From IMG/VR virus record IMGVR_UViG_3300014205_000022, positions 2,193 to 66,192 of that record: DNA of 64,000 nucleotides; one strand, given 5' to 3'. The translations under genes were made by a program, and so were the position numbers. Shown here one piece after another: positions 9,485-19,066 of the stretch (the first letter of the stretch is position 1; each line of letters starts with the position of its first letter). The notes below the pieces were generated by a model. The model was not told the DNA's origin, ran no database searches, and saw only the letters and a list, made by a program, of their open reading frames with translations. The DNA is from a virus (lineage: Duplodnaviria > Caudoviricetes).

Positions 9485-9832
9485 ATGATGAACGCTATCA
9501 TCAAAGATGCTGAAGTACGAAACCTCGCGATGCGGCCGAGTCCATTCGCTTTGAATGAAGACCCACCGCGTCAGCGAGGTCGTACCGTTTTCCAGCTCTT
9601 CGATCAAGGTGAACCAGTTCAGCAGACTCTTGATCTTAATCAGCTTGTCGCCACACAGCGTGCATTCGACGCTGAGCATGTGCATAAGCTGATGTCTAAG
9701 CCTAGCGATGATCCGATTGAGTGCGTGCGTATGGGCGGCAAGTTGTTCATCACCAATGGCCATCATCGAGCAACAGCTGCTGCGTTCAACGGTGATAAGA
9801 CGATCCGAGCTAACGTGGTGTTTGCGAAATGA
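9485..9832 (+). CDS. ParB/Sulfiredoxin-like domain protein
   Basis: LFITNGHHRATAA matches the ParB-N (D/N)GHHR motif; N-terminal IIKDAEVR leader. Confidence 0.7.
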   Translation: MMNAIIKDAEVRNLAMRPSPFALNEDPPRQRGRTVFQLFDQGEPVQQTLDLNQLVATQRAFDAEHVHKLMSKPSDDPIECVRMGGKLFITNGHHRATAAAFNGDKTIRANVVFAK

Positions 9833-10173
9833 CGTCACCAATCGTTAAAGACGCTGAGATAAGAGCCTCATCGCCGATTGTTGATGAGGTTAAGAAGCTG
9901 TTGATTCGTGCAAATCCAGCCGCTGTTCGTGGCGCGCTTGTATCAGTTAAAGAGTTGCGCCGTTCCACCAACTTGCCTAAGTCAGTTCTTGACAGCTTAA
10001 TGATCCAAGCGATGCGCACTGGAAAAGTGGTCGGTCATAAGCATGACTACGTGTCGTCGTTGTCTGATGCTGATCGCAATGTGCTTGTGAATGACCCAAA
10101 GGCAGAAGACTACGGACACAGCGGAACCAAATTCAAAGGCGCCTACTACGTAGGCTTTGCCATAAGACAATAG
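9829..10173 (+). CDS. Small basic protein, possibly DNA-binding
   Basis: N-terminal IVKDAEIRAS leader; helical core VSVKELRRSTNLPKSVLD. Confidence 0.55.
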   Translation: MTSPIVKDAEIRASSPIVDEVKKLLIRANPAAVRGALVSVKELRRSTNLPKSVLDSLMIQAMRTGKVVGHKHDYVSSLSDADRNVLVNDPKAEDYGHSGTKFKGAYYVGFAIRQ

Positions 10174-10182
10174 GCGGCCAGC

Positions 10183-11685
10183 ATGGTTGAAAAGACAAGC
10201 GAACAAGTTCTTGCAACAACTGGTATTGATGGCCAGCTTAGCAAGCTTATGCCTAAGGACTGGGCTAAGAAAGTCCGCTTGATGCGCCGTGACCCAACTC
10301 TTGGGTTCGTGCGTGACCTGTACATGGCACCCTTGCTGGCAAGTGAATGGTCTGTTGTCGCTGATGACCCCAAGTATGAAGATGCTGTTGACATCGTCTA
10401 TGATGCCATCGTTCCTAAGCGTCTTCAGCTTATGGAGAACGCGATTCGTGGCCTGCTTGACTTCGGGTGGCAAGCGTTCGAGCAGGTGTTCTCATATACT
10501 AAAGACGGGTGGATCACACTGCGTAAGCTGAAGCCATTGCTTCAAGATATCACGTACATCCTTGTGAACAGCCGTGGTGATATCAAGGGTGTGCGTAATC
10601 TGCCGACGTATCTCTCTGCGTTCAACAACCCATTCGCCGGTCCGTGGATTGACCTCAATGTTGATGAGTGTCTTGTCATTTCACGTGATGTGGAAGGCAC
10701 GAACTGGTATGGTGAAGCGCTTATGCGTCGTGTGGAAGCGCCGTTTGACTCATGGAATGAGTGTGAGTACGCTGCCAAGCGGTTTGACACGAAGATCGCT
10801 GGTGCTCACTGGGTTGTGTATTATCCGATTGGGCGTTCACGTTATAACGGCCAAGAGGCTGTGGACAACTTCATCATTGCCAACGGCATCCTTGATGCGT
10901 TGACATCGAGTGGAAAGATTGCCATTCCACAAAAGATCCTGCAGCAGACAACTGATCTTAACTCATTAGGCGAAGATAAAACGGTGTGGAAGATCGAAAT
11001 GATCTCCGCCAGCGGTAGCAGTGAAAGTTCGTTCGTCGGTCGCCAGAAGTATCTTGATGCACTTAAAGCGCGTGGTCTTGGTATTCCAGAGCGGGCAGTG
11101 TTTGAAGGCCAGTTCGGAACTAAAGCCGAAGCTGAAGCGCATGCTGACTTTGCCATTGACAACATTGAGATGGCGCACGTGCGATTGATTGAGCAAGTGA
11201 ACACCCAGGTCGTCAATCAGCTGCTTCGCCTTAATAAGGGCGAGCACTATGAGGACCATGTGACGATCACGGCTACACCACTCTCTGATTGGAAGCGGTC
11301 GCAGCTTAGGAATCTGTACACAGCTTACTTCGGAACTGAATCTGGTCAAGCGCAGGAAATTGAAGCGATTGACTGGGACGCTGTTCGTGAGGTGCTTGGT
11401 ATTCCAACACATGCCGATATGGATAAGCAGTACGAGGCGCCAGCCGGTCGTGGAACAGTTGGAACGTTCGCTCCAACGAGCCGTAGGTCGTCTGGTGAGC
11501 TGACTGGTTTGTCACGTCGTCAGATGATGAACGTGATTAAGGACATCAAGGATATGCGCCGTGAAATTGCTTCAGGTGCAACCACGAAGCAGATGGCTGT
11601 TGAAGTTCTGCAATCGCGTGGAATCTCTCCAGACCGAGCCGAGCGGTTTCTTGCAGACGTGATTGAACCGTCTGCTGGTGTTTAG
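10183..11685 (+). CDS. Portal protein (Mu gp29/DUF935-like) with C-terminal extension
   Basis: Size, position, and motifs such as LMRRDPTL, LDFGWQAFEQV and GEALMRRV...W resemble DUF935 portals. Confidence 0.8.
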   Translation: MVEKTSEQVLATTGIDGQLSKLMPKDWAKKVRLMRRDPTLGFVRDLYMAPLLASEWSVVADDPKYEDAVDIVYDAIVPKRLQLMENAIRGLLDFGWQAFEQVFSYTKDGWITLRKLKPLLQDITYILVNSRGDIKGVRNLPTYLSAFNNPFAGPWIDLNVDECLVISRDVEGTNWYGEALMRRVEAPFDSWNECEYAAKRFDTKIAGAHWVVYYPIGRSRYNGQEAVDNFIIANGILDALTSSGKIAIPQKILQQTTDLNSLGEDKTVWKIEMISASGSSESSFVGRQKYLDALKARGLGIPERAVFEGQFGTKAEAEAHADFAIDNIEMAHVRLIEQVNTQVVNQLLRLNKGEHYEDHVTITATPLSDWKRSQLRNLYTAYFGTESGQAQEIEAIDWDAVREVLGIPTHADMDKQYEAPAGRGTVGTFAPTSRRSSGELTGLSRRQMMNVIKDIKDMRREIASGATTKQMAVEVLQSRGISPDRAERFLADVIEPSAGV

Positions 11686-11710
11686 GTACCAACGTTTGAC
11701 AGGGGGTGCT

Positions 11711-12088
11711 ATGGCAGTAACGCTTTCGCAAAGGGCTGAAGATGTAGGTCGACAATCGTCGAATGCAGTCGGTCTTGATCCGATTACGATCATGACGGTG
11801 ATCACGACAGTTCTTCCCGCGATGATCAGCTTGTTCCAGTCTTGCAAGAAGACGAGTGAGCCGGCTGATGAGCAAGCTTGGCTTAAGTCCAAGTACAATG
11901 AACGCCGTGGAGAGTTTGCTGCGCCTGTCCTTCGTAACGCTTCACGTGCAGTGCGTGATGATTATGAAGAGAAGACTGGTGAACGACTTACGACTAAGCA
12001 GTCGCGTGAAATCGCGCATCGCATGATGTACGAAGGAATGGCTGCAAAGAAGAGCGAATACGCTGCGTGGAAGTCCGCAGCTGGATAA
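11711..12088 (+). CDS. Membrane-anchored protein of the lysis region
   Basis: Hydrophobic segment GLDPITIMTVITTVLPAMISLFQSC followed by a helical domain. Confidence 0.55.
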   Translation: MAVTLSQRAEDVGRQSSNAVGLDPITIMTVITTVLPAMISLFQSCKKTSEPADEQAWLKSKYNERRGEFAAPVLRNASRAVRDDYEEKTGERLTTKQSREIAHRMMYEGMAAKKSEYAAWKSAAG

Positions 12089-12153
12089 GATGACGTCTGA
12101 GAGATGAACACGTGCATTGCACGGGCTCTTCTCTCAACTGATTCTTTGCAAGT

Positions 12154-12191
12154 CCTGACTGTCAGCATGATGTTGACAGTCAGGCTTCTTT
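12154..12191 (+). terminator. Probable intrinsic terminator
   Basis: CCTGACTGTCAGCA/TGTTGACAGTCAGG stem followed by CTTCTTT. Confidence 0.6.
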
Positions 12192-12207
12192 AACCAGGAG
12201 ATAGTCT

Positions 12208-13074
12208 GTGAAGACTTCAGTAGTGAAGGCCGCGTTTCTTACGCTGGCCTTTTGCCATATCTGCAGCGCACAAGACAAGCCGATTATCAAGGCTGCACCA
12301 GTCGGTGGGCGGCTTATTGCTGTTGGTCAAACACAGCTTGTCTCGAACAATGAATTCGAATTCTTCAACCTTACTGGATATGAAGGTAAGGTGACGTGGG
12401 ACGTGTCATTGCCAGACGGCATTGAGGTGTCGCCGATCAAGCTGTTCCCAGTGCAAGCCGGCCAGATTGTTATCGGTACGAAGGTCGGAACGGATGCCCC
12501 AGAAGTGCATCTGGCTCCAGATGGCCAGTCGGTCGCGATATTTGCCGTCGGAACCGGTAAAGTTATGCTGAAGGCATGGGGCGTCCTTGACGGAGCTGCT
12601 ATACCGATCGCCGAATTGAAAATTCAAGCCCAGCAAGGCCCGCGTCCGCCACCGACTCCAGTTGATCCAGTCGATCCAGATCCAGTTGATCCAGATCCTG
12701 TTGATCCTACGCCTACACCAATGCCCATCACCGGCTTGCGTGTGTTGATTGTGTATGAGTCGTCGGCTGCTCTTACGCGTGAACAGCTTAACATCATCAA
12801 CAGCACGGCACTTATAACTTATCTCAACGAGAAGTGCGTTAAGAGTGCGAGTGGTCAGCCTGACTGGAGACGTTGGGATAAGTCAACCATCGATATCACT
12901 GGGCTTGCCAATGAGACGAAGATCTGGCAGGACCTATGGCCAGTCGTTAGTCCTACACTTAAGAAGCTTCCTGCACTCGTCATCGTGAATGACACGAAGT
13001 CAACGGTGTATGACCTCCCAGCGACAGAAGCTGAAACACTAGCATTCATCAAGAAAATCGTGGAGGGCAAATGA
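12208..13074 (+). CDS. Secreted two-domain protein with Pro/Asp linker
   Basis: Signal-like N-terminus KTSVVKAAFLTLAFCHICSA; linker PPPTPVDPVDPDPVDPDPVDPTP. Confidence 0.65.
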   Translation: MKTSVVKAAFLTLAFCHICSAQDKPIIKAAPVGGRLIAVGQTQLVSNNEFEFFNLTGYEGKVTWDVSLPDGIEVSPIKLFPVQAGQIVIGTKVGTDAPEVHLAPDGQSVAIFAVGTGKVMLKAWGVLDGAAIPIAELKIQAQQGPRPPPTPVDPVDPDPVDPDPVDPTPTPMPITGLRVLIVYESSAALTREQLNIINSTALITYLNEKCVKSASGQPDWRRWDKSTIDITGLANETKIWQDLWPVVSPTLKKLPALVIVNDTKSTVYDLPATEAETLAFIKKIVEGK

Positions 13075-13865
13075 GCTTCTCTTCTTCACTGTTTGATGCT
13101 GAGCCGATTATCAATGATGATGGGATGGCGAACACGGCTGAGCCACCGGGTTGTAAGCGTGGTCTTGATCTGTCGGCTCGCGGACCAGGCGAGTATGAGT
13201 ATGGTGCCGCCGCAGATCCGTTCCCAGCAGAGTGGCTTGTGCCTCGCCATGAATGGCAAGCGCGCATTCAAGAGATGGAAGAACGTAAGTCGCGTCTTAG
13301 CGACATCTGCACTCTTGCCAATCTTCCGTATCAAGACCAGAATGGTTTGAACTATTGCTGGATTGCGTCACCAGCATACGCTCTTCGGGTTATGCGGTGT
13401 CTGCAGAACCAACCTGACATTGCTTTGTCGCATGCGTCTGGTGGCGCGCAGATCAAGAACTTCCGTAACGTCGGTGGATGGGGCAAGGAGGCTCTTGAGT
13501 GGATTGCTTCCAAGGGTCTTAATGCTGACAGTGATTGGCCAGCTAACAGCTTGAATAAGAAGTACCTTACTGCAGAGAACAAGGCGAAGGCGCTTCTTAA
13601 CCGCGTTGTTGAGTGGAATGAACTTGCACCACGGAACATCGACCAAGCTGTGTCTGTTCTCTTTCGTCGTATGCCATTGCCGGCTGGGTTTAATTGGTGG
13701 TCACATGAAGTGACGCTGATTGATCCTGTATGGCTTGATGGCGACATTGCGTTTAGATTCAGGAATCAGTGGCAGGGATACGGTGTTAATGGGTATGGAA
13801 TTATTCAGGGATCACGTATGCGGTTTGATGACGGTGTAACACCTCGCACGGCGTATGCATCATGA
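13071..13865 (+). CDS. Papain-like (C1-type) cysteine peptidase, candidate lysin
   Basis: QDQNGLNYCW supplies the oxyanion Gln and catalytic Cys; WWSHEV the His; RNQW the Asn. Confidence 0.75.
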   Translation: MSFSSSLFDAEPIINDDGMANTAEPPGCKRGLDLSARGPGEYEYGAAADPFPAEWLVPRHEWQARIQEMEERKSRLSDICTLANLPYQDQNGLNYCWIASPAYALRVMRCLQNQPDIALSHASGGAQIKNFRNVGGWGKEALEWIASKGLNADSDWPANSLNKKYLTAENKAKALLNRVVEWNELAPRNIDQAVSVLFRRMPLPAGFNWWSHEVTLIDPVWLDGDIAFRFRNQWQGYGVNGYGIIQGSRMRFDDGVTPRTAYAS

Positions 13866-14305
13866 ATTCACTGCTTCTTGTGGCAGCTTTGTCTGCTACA
13901 TTCACGGTTGAGAATAAACAGTCTGCATTCACGGTTGTGAACATGCAGACTGTTTCATTTACTGCTGAGAATAAGCAGGTCACCACACCAGCAGTTGTTA
14001 AAGTCGCATCACCAAGATACACAGTCAGACGCGTTCGTTGGAATGTCAATGGTGACATGAATCCATCGCATGCGACGCTGCTTGCTCATATGCAAAGCGG
14101 TCAGCACTACGGAAAGTGGTCAGCTGGTTGGCTTTCTTCTTTGTCATATATCGAACTGCGATCGCTTCATGATGATGATCATGAGGGCAGAGTGAACTGG
14201 TCACTGGTTCAACGCCCTACCGCACAACCAACTGTCGCCAAATCTGCAGTGCAGTTTACGTACAGGCGCAATTCTGCCTGCCCTAATGGTCGATGCCCAC
14301 GGTAG
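13862..14305 (+). CDS. Secreted protein ending in CPNGRCPR
   Basis: Signal-like N-terminus, short TVEN-type repeats and a C-terminal CPxGxCP motif. Confidence 0.6.
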   Translation: MNSLLLVAALSATFTVENKQSAFTVVNMQTVSFTAENKQVTTPAVVKVASPRYTVRRVRWNVNGDMNPSHATLLAHMQSGQHYGKWSAGWLSSLSYIELRSLHDDDHEGRVNWSLVQRPTAQPTVAKSAVQFTYRRNSACPNGRCPR

Positions 14306-14358
14306 TTACGAGTGTGATTTAAGTACTACGATGGCAGAGTCGAACAGCCTAATACTAA

Positions 14359-14841
14359 GTGCGGAGCACAATCAGAATGCTGGTGATGTTTGCAACAAGT
14401 AACTCTGTAGACATCTGGTTCACGTCCCTGATTACGAGTTGGGTCGCGGCTATGCCGTTGATCGCAATCTTGCTTATTCTTATTGGGCTTGATATTGCAA
14501 CTGGTGTGCTAGCCGCATTCATCACAAAGCAGATCTCGTCAATGACGTCGTTTACTGGCGTCTTAAAGAAGGTGGTTACACTGTCGCTTGTAGCAGTCGG
14601 GATTTGTATGGAGTTCATCTACCCAGACATTCCGTGGGGTAGAATTGTTGCGATGTTCTTTTGTGTAACTGAGATTATTAGTATCACTGAGAATGCCGCG
14701 CGTTGTGGGATCCCGTTGCCACCACAACTTGTTGAAGCCTTAGCACGCTTAAAGAGTGAACAAAAGGCAAAGCCAATGGTCACTGTTGAGATTAAGAATA
14801 CTACGCCAGGTGTTGAACAACCATCTGGCATTCTTAAGTGA
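14359..14841 (+). CDS. Holin (Phage_holin_4_1-like)
   Basis: LIGLDIATG...ISS...GVLKKVV...EIISITENAARCGIPLP is the signature of this family; contains transmembrane segments. Confidence 0.85.
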   Translation: MRSTIRMLVMFATSNSVDIWFTSLITSWVAAMPLIAILLILIGLDIATGVLAAFITKQISSMTSFTGVLKKVVTLSLVAVGICMEFIYPDIPWGRIVAMFFCVTEIISITENAARCGIPLPPQLVEALARLKSEQKAKPMVTVEIKNTTPGVEQPSGILK

Positions 14842-14915
14842 TTTAACAGGGGCTGTGCTCCGGCGGATGGGAGGTGATTCCATCTGCGGCTTGGTGGTTG
14901 ATGGGAGGTGAGCCA

Positions 14916-15386
14916 ATGAAGCGATACATGCTGACTCCGGTTTCCGGGAACGGCGACGACATTACCGACAACCCGTATCGGTCGTCTCTCCGGGACATTT
15001 CGAAGCCTCGGTCGCCAACCGGTGCCGAGATCAATTCCATCTACTTCATTCGCGTCAACCCGGATGGGACACTGAAGTATAACTTCTGTTTTGTGCGGAC
15101 CGCTTGTGCTCGCACCGAGGACGCGAACGCAGCTCAACAATTGTTGAACTCGCTGACGTTTCCGGACTATCCGTTGTCTGGCCGAATGGACGGCATGGCA
15201 CCGTCTGTCCGCAACGCGATGGTCCAGGACGTCGAGGCTTACTCCCTCAACGCAGAGAACGAGCATATCGTCGTCGACGATCAGGACGACGAAAGTTATC
15301 AGACTGTCCTGACCCGCATCGCCCGCTATTTCGAGCCGGCTGCAGACCTATCGACGTTCGACATTTACGAGCCGGAACCCACATAA
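14916..15386 (+). CDS. Hypothetical protein, likely virion accessory
   Basis: ATG at 14916 follows GGAGG; first gene of a compositionally distinct block. Confidence 0.6.
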   Translation: MKRYMLTPVSGNGDDITDNPYRSSLRDISKPRSPTGAEINSIYFIRVNPDGTLKYNFCFVRTACARTEDANAAQQLLNSLTFPDYPLSGRMDGMAPSVRNAMVQDVEAYSLNAENEHIVVDDQDDESYQTVLTRIARYFEPAADLSTFDIYEPEPT

Positions 15387-15402
15387 TCCAGTCAGGGGCG
15401 AC

Positions 15403-16707
15403 ATGCAGTCACTCGAAAAATTGCGATGGTATCGCGGTCCGTGGCGATGGTCAGGCAGCGGGGCGGAATCGTACTGGACCGCTCCAGCGGCGTCTGTCGG
15501 ATCGATCGATCTGAGGTCCATCCCACAGCAGATGCAGGCCGGCGGTAACGAGGGTCTCGGGCTGTTTGTGTCGTACGATCCTCTCCCGTCGGAATTCGAC
15601 TTGCTGGGGGTAGGGAGCCCACGGGACATCAAGATCACCGCTCGCATGATGTCCGCCATCCCAAAGCGGATTGGTGCCAGGCTGGCTGGCGATGACTTGT
15701 TGACAGTGCTTCGATCTGCACTGACTGACGGCAGCGATCCGACGGGCGATGAGTTCGCTCGGCCGATCATGCCGGGCAGGGACCGGGCGTTTGAGTTCCG
15801 CATCGGGCCGTGGTGCGACCGAGAAATCATGGGGCCGTTCTCCGCTCACTGGGACAAGGTACAAGACGTTCTGCTGGCCGATTTTGTCGCTGATTTCGAG
15901 GCATGTCAGCGTGGCGAGATGAAAGACCCGGAGCACTACCGGAGAATCCTCGACGCAACCTGCGAAAAGTACGGGATTGAAAACTGGAGACAGGTTGTCC
16001 CCGTGAAGTTGCGGGGAAATGTCCCCGGTCGACTCCAGCACGAGACGTCGATCACTGACGACTTCAACAGGACAGACGCGACGTCGCTCGGCACGGCGTC
16101 TGGAGGCTGGAGCTGGAGCGATCTGTCGGGCGACTGGCAGATCGCTAGTAACGAAGCTCGTGCAAGCTCCGAAGGAACGAGAGACGTCGCAAGGGCCGAC
16201 TCGGATCTGTCGTCCGCGGACGTGCGGGTAACTGTGTCGATCACGCAATTGACTGCTCCGTCGAGCGCATCAAGAAATGCTCCAGGACCCATCGGCAGAA
16301 AAGACTCGTCGGCGACACTTACATACTACCACTGTCGCCTCAGCAAGGGCAGCTCAAACACGCTGGCCCAGTTGTACAAATCCGTTTCCGGGACGTTCAC
16401 GCAGCTCGGGTCGGACGTTGTTGTTACACCGGCGCTACCGGATCAGATTACGTTGGAGTGCAGCGGAAGCAGCATCGCGATGATTCGCGGCGGATCTCAG
16501 ATTATTTCGCAGACAGACACAGCAATCACATCTGGCGTCAGGAGTGGATTGTCTGCATTCAATTCGGCGACAACGTCGCTGGCGAATCGCTGTCGCGTCG
16601 ATGACTTTTCTGCAGAGGACATGGTCGCGTCGACGGTCAAGTATACGCAGCTCGAATCGACGACTCGCGGAAACGACCGGGGAGCGTGGATCAGGAGTGC
16701 GCAGTAA
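15403..16707 (+). CDS. Putative virion fibre/lectin-like protein
   Basis: The Ser/Thr-rich beta C-terminal domain (ITDDFNRTD...VDDFSAE) resembles ConA-like lectin folds. Confidence 0.55.
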   Translation: MQSLEKLRWYRGPWRWSGSGAESYWTAPAASVGSIDLRSIPQQMQAGGNEGLGLFVSYDPLPSEFDLLGVGSPRDIKITARMMSAIPKRIGARLAGDDLLTVLRSALTDGSDPTGDEFARPIMPGRDRAFEFRIGPWCDREIMGPFSAHWDKVQDVLLADFVADFEACQRGEMKDPEHYRRILDATCEKYGIENWRQVVPVKLRGNVPGRLQHETSITDDFNRTDATSLGTASGGWSWSDLSGDWQIASNEARASSEGTRDVARADSDLSSADVRVTVSITQLTAPSSASRNAPGPIGRKDSSATLTYYHCRLSKGSSNTLAQLYKSVSGTFTQLGSDVVVTPALPDQITLECSGSSIAMIRGGSQIISQTDTAITSGVRSGLSAFNSATTSLANRCRVDDFSAEDMVASTVKYTQLESTTRGNDRGAWIRSAQ

Positions 16708-18830
16708 TGTTTTGGGCGAAATATGGTACGGCGACCACCTTTCAGTTTCCGATGATTAAGCGGGGCGTGGTGGATTTCGCTCAGTCTGCAGATTGGACTC
16801 CGTCCGCTGCTGACGTCGCGGTGTCGAAAGACAACGGAGATTTAGAGGACGCGACGAACGCTCCGGCCATCGTTGGTGGGTCTCCGACTCGCGGGGTCAG
16901 CAAATTCAAATGGGCGGCAACCGCGACAGAGTTGGAATGTGCGGTGTTGGAGGTGCAAATTGTCGACGCGGCAACCAAGGCCGTTGAAGATCAGTCGTTC
17001 GCCGTCTACACCTACGGCCACGCGTCGGCATTCTTCAAGGGTGACTGGTCGGACATCGTGCGATTGGGGCTGGTGGCTTTGCCGAATGCCGCCTACAACG
17101 CCCCCGGTGGGCTCGTTGGCAGCGCCGCCGGCGGGCTGGATCTGGACACCCAACTCGGCAAGCTGGTGGGGACTCTGGCGGCCGGGACACATCAGCCGCA
17201 GACCGGGGACTCCTACCCCATCGTCAGCAGCGGGACGCACGGCAACGCGGCGATCAAGACAGATCTTGACAAGATCCCCAAGTCTGATGGCACGGTGGCG
17301 TTCAACGCGACGGCGGTTGGCGGGATTCAGAGCGGGCTGGCCACTGCTCTTGCAGTGTCTGCTTTGCAAACTGATCTTACGACACTCGTTGGACGACTCA
17401 CATCAGCCCGAGCCGGATACCTCGATAATCTCAACGCTGGTGGGGTAGTGGCGTCGCAGGCTGACATCAATGCGCTGAACCAGTCAGCCAGTCGTCGTGT
17501 GATTCTGACGACGGTGCAGCAGTATGAACGTCCGGAATCTGGGACTTCCACCTTCACCATTGAGATGCGAACCTACGACGGTGATGGTGCTGCAGTAGAC
17601 GCAGACTCAACTCCGTCGCTTGCGGTTGTCGGTAATGTAAGCGGTGATCTCTCTGCGAATCTATCCGCTGGAACCAACCCAGCAACTGGTCTTTACTCAT
17701 GGACATACACGGTAGAGTCCACTGACGCCATTGAGCAGCTTCGATTTGCTGTGTCACCGACGATTGGTGGCTCACAGTTTCCGCTGTCTTCGTTCGCTCA
17801 AGTTGTTGACTTCGTGGCAGCAACCTGGACCACCGATGACCGCGTAATGCTGACTGGTGTCTTCGACAAGCTTCCGACGAATGGCATCGCTGATCAGACA
17901 TTGCTCGCGGCGGCGATTGGCACTCCGATGCAGGCTGGTGATTATGAAGCTCCAGACAACGCTGGAATAGCCGCAGCAGAGACTGCTGCACTTGCAGCGC
18001 AGACAGCGGCAGAGGCTGTCCCAACTGCTGCTGAGAATGCTGCTGGGATCCAGACGTATTACGCAGCAAACAAAGGAACGGCTAGCAACTTTGCTAGAGC
18101 TATCATGCTGGGTGAAGAACCGATCTTTACCTCGACTGTGACCAACGCGATGACTCCGTCAGATCAAACGTTCTCGATCGATGATGGCAACGGAGCGTAC
18201 AACTTACTATCGTTAGGTGACCATCCGATGCGGGTAACGCAAGCATCAGGGTTCCAGCTAGTCACACCAGGAATCATTCAATCATCAGCGTCTGATGGGA
18301 ATGGAAACATTCTCGTTAGCATCTACGAAGCCATCGGCTTCACACCAGCCATTGGTGACAGGGCTGAGATTTTCGCAAAGCACGTGCACTCCGTTGATAG
18401 CATTGCGATCGCTAGTCAAATTCGAATGGATTCAAGTAGCGCGAAGCTTGCCACTGCTGCTTCTGGTGTTACCACGCTGCTTACACGCATCACGTCAACG
18501 CTGTTCACTGGAATCACAACGCTTCTTGATCATCTGCTCAGTACTTCGCGTGCTGCGAAATTCGAACGAACAGTTGGTGCTATGTGCACGGGAACGGTTG
18601 GAACCGGATCAACAATTACAAGTATCGTGTGCTCTGCAATAGACCCAGCCGGTGTAGACGCTGATCAGTTCAAAGGCCGCATTATCATCTTCGATGACGG
18701 TACAACTACGACTGCACTGCGTGGTCAGGGCGCACCGATTCTTGGGTCAACTGCAGCAGGCCTTCCAGTGTTCACCGTGACCGCTCTTACTCGTGCGCCG
18801 GTTAACGGCGACACATTCACGATCAACTAA
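16707..18830 (+). CDS. Long Ala/Thr/Gly-rich fibre-like structural protein
   Basis: About 707 aa with mosaic beta domains and helical spacers; contains VGTGST. Confidence 0.6.
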   Translation: MFWAKYGTATTFQFPMIKRGVVDFAQSADWTPSAADVAVSKDNGDLEDATNAPAIVGGSPTRGVSKFKWAATATELECAVLEVQIVDAATKAVEDQSFAVYTYGHASAFFKGDWSDIVRLGLVALPNAAYNAPGGLVGSAAGGLDLDTQLGKLVGTLAAGTHQPQTGDSYPIVSSGTHGNAAIKTDLDKIPKSDGTVAFNATAVGGIQSGLATALAVSALQTDLTTLVGRLTSARAGYLDNLNAGGVVASQADINALNQSASRRVILTTVQQYERPESGTSTFTIEMRTYDGDGAAVDADSTPSLAVVGNVSGDLSANLSAGTNPATGLYSWTYTVESTDAIEQLRFAVSPTIGGSQFPLSSFAQVVDFVAATWTTDDRVMLTGVFDKLPTNGIADQTLLAAAIGTPMQAGDYEAPDNAGIAAAETAALAAQTAAEAVPTAAENAAGIQTYYAANKGTASNFARAIMLGEEPIFTSTVTNAMTPSDQTFSIDDGNGAYNLLSLGDHPMRVTQASGFQLVTPGIIQSSASDGNGNILVSIYEAIGFTPAIGDRAEIFAKHVHSVDSIAIASQIRMDSSSAKLATAASGVTTLLTRITSTLFTGITTLLDHLLSTSRAAKFERTVGAMCTGTVGTGSTITSIVCSAIDPAGVDADQFKGRIIIFDDGTTTTALRGQGAPILGSTAAGLPVFTVTALTRAPVNGDTFTIN

Positions 18831-19066
18831 TGGCCATTACACAACTACAGTTGTCCGGCGTGTATGGGATGCGTTACGGCTCTTTTGAGGGTCGTGCGGA
18901 ATTCACCCCGGTTATTGGTATGATCCTGATTGAGCGTATAAGTATCGACCCAGGGACGCGTTTCGTTCATAGCGTGTATCCATCGGTAAGCGTAAGCGAT
19001 GCAGAAGTTTCGACAAGTGATGTGTTGCCAATGAAAGTTGATCAAGCATATAGGGGCAGAGAATGA
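18830..19066 (+). CDS. Small hypothetical structural protein
   Basis: Start and stop coupled with both neighbours. Confidence 0.55.
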   Translation: MAITQLQLSGVYGMRYGSFEGRAEFTPVIGMILIERISIDPGTRFVHSVYPSVSVSDAEVSTSDVLPMKVDQAYRGRE

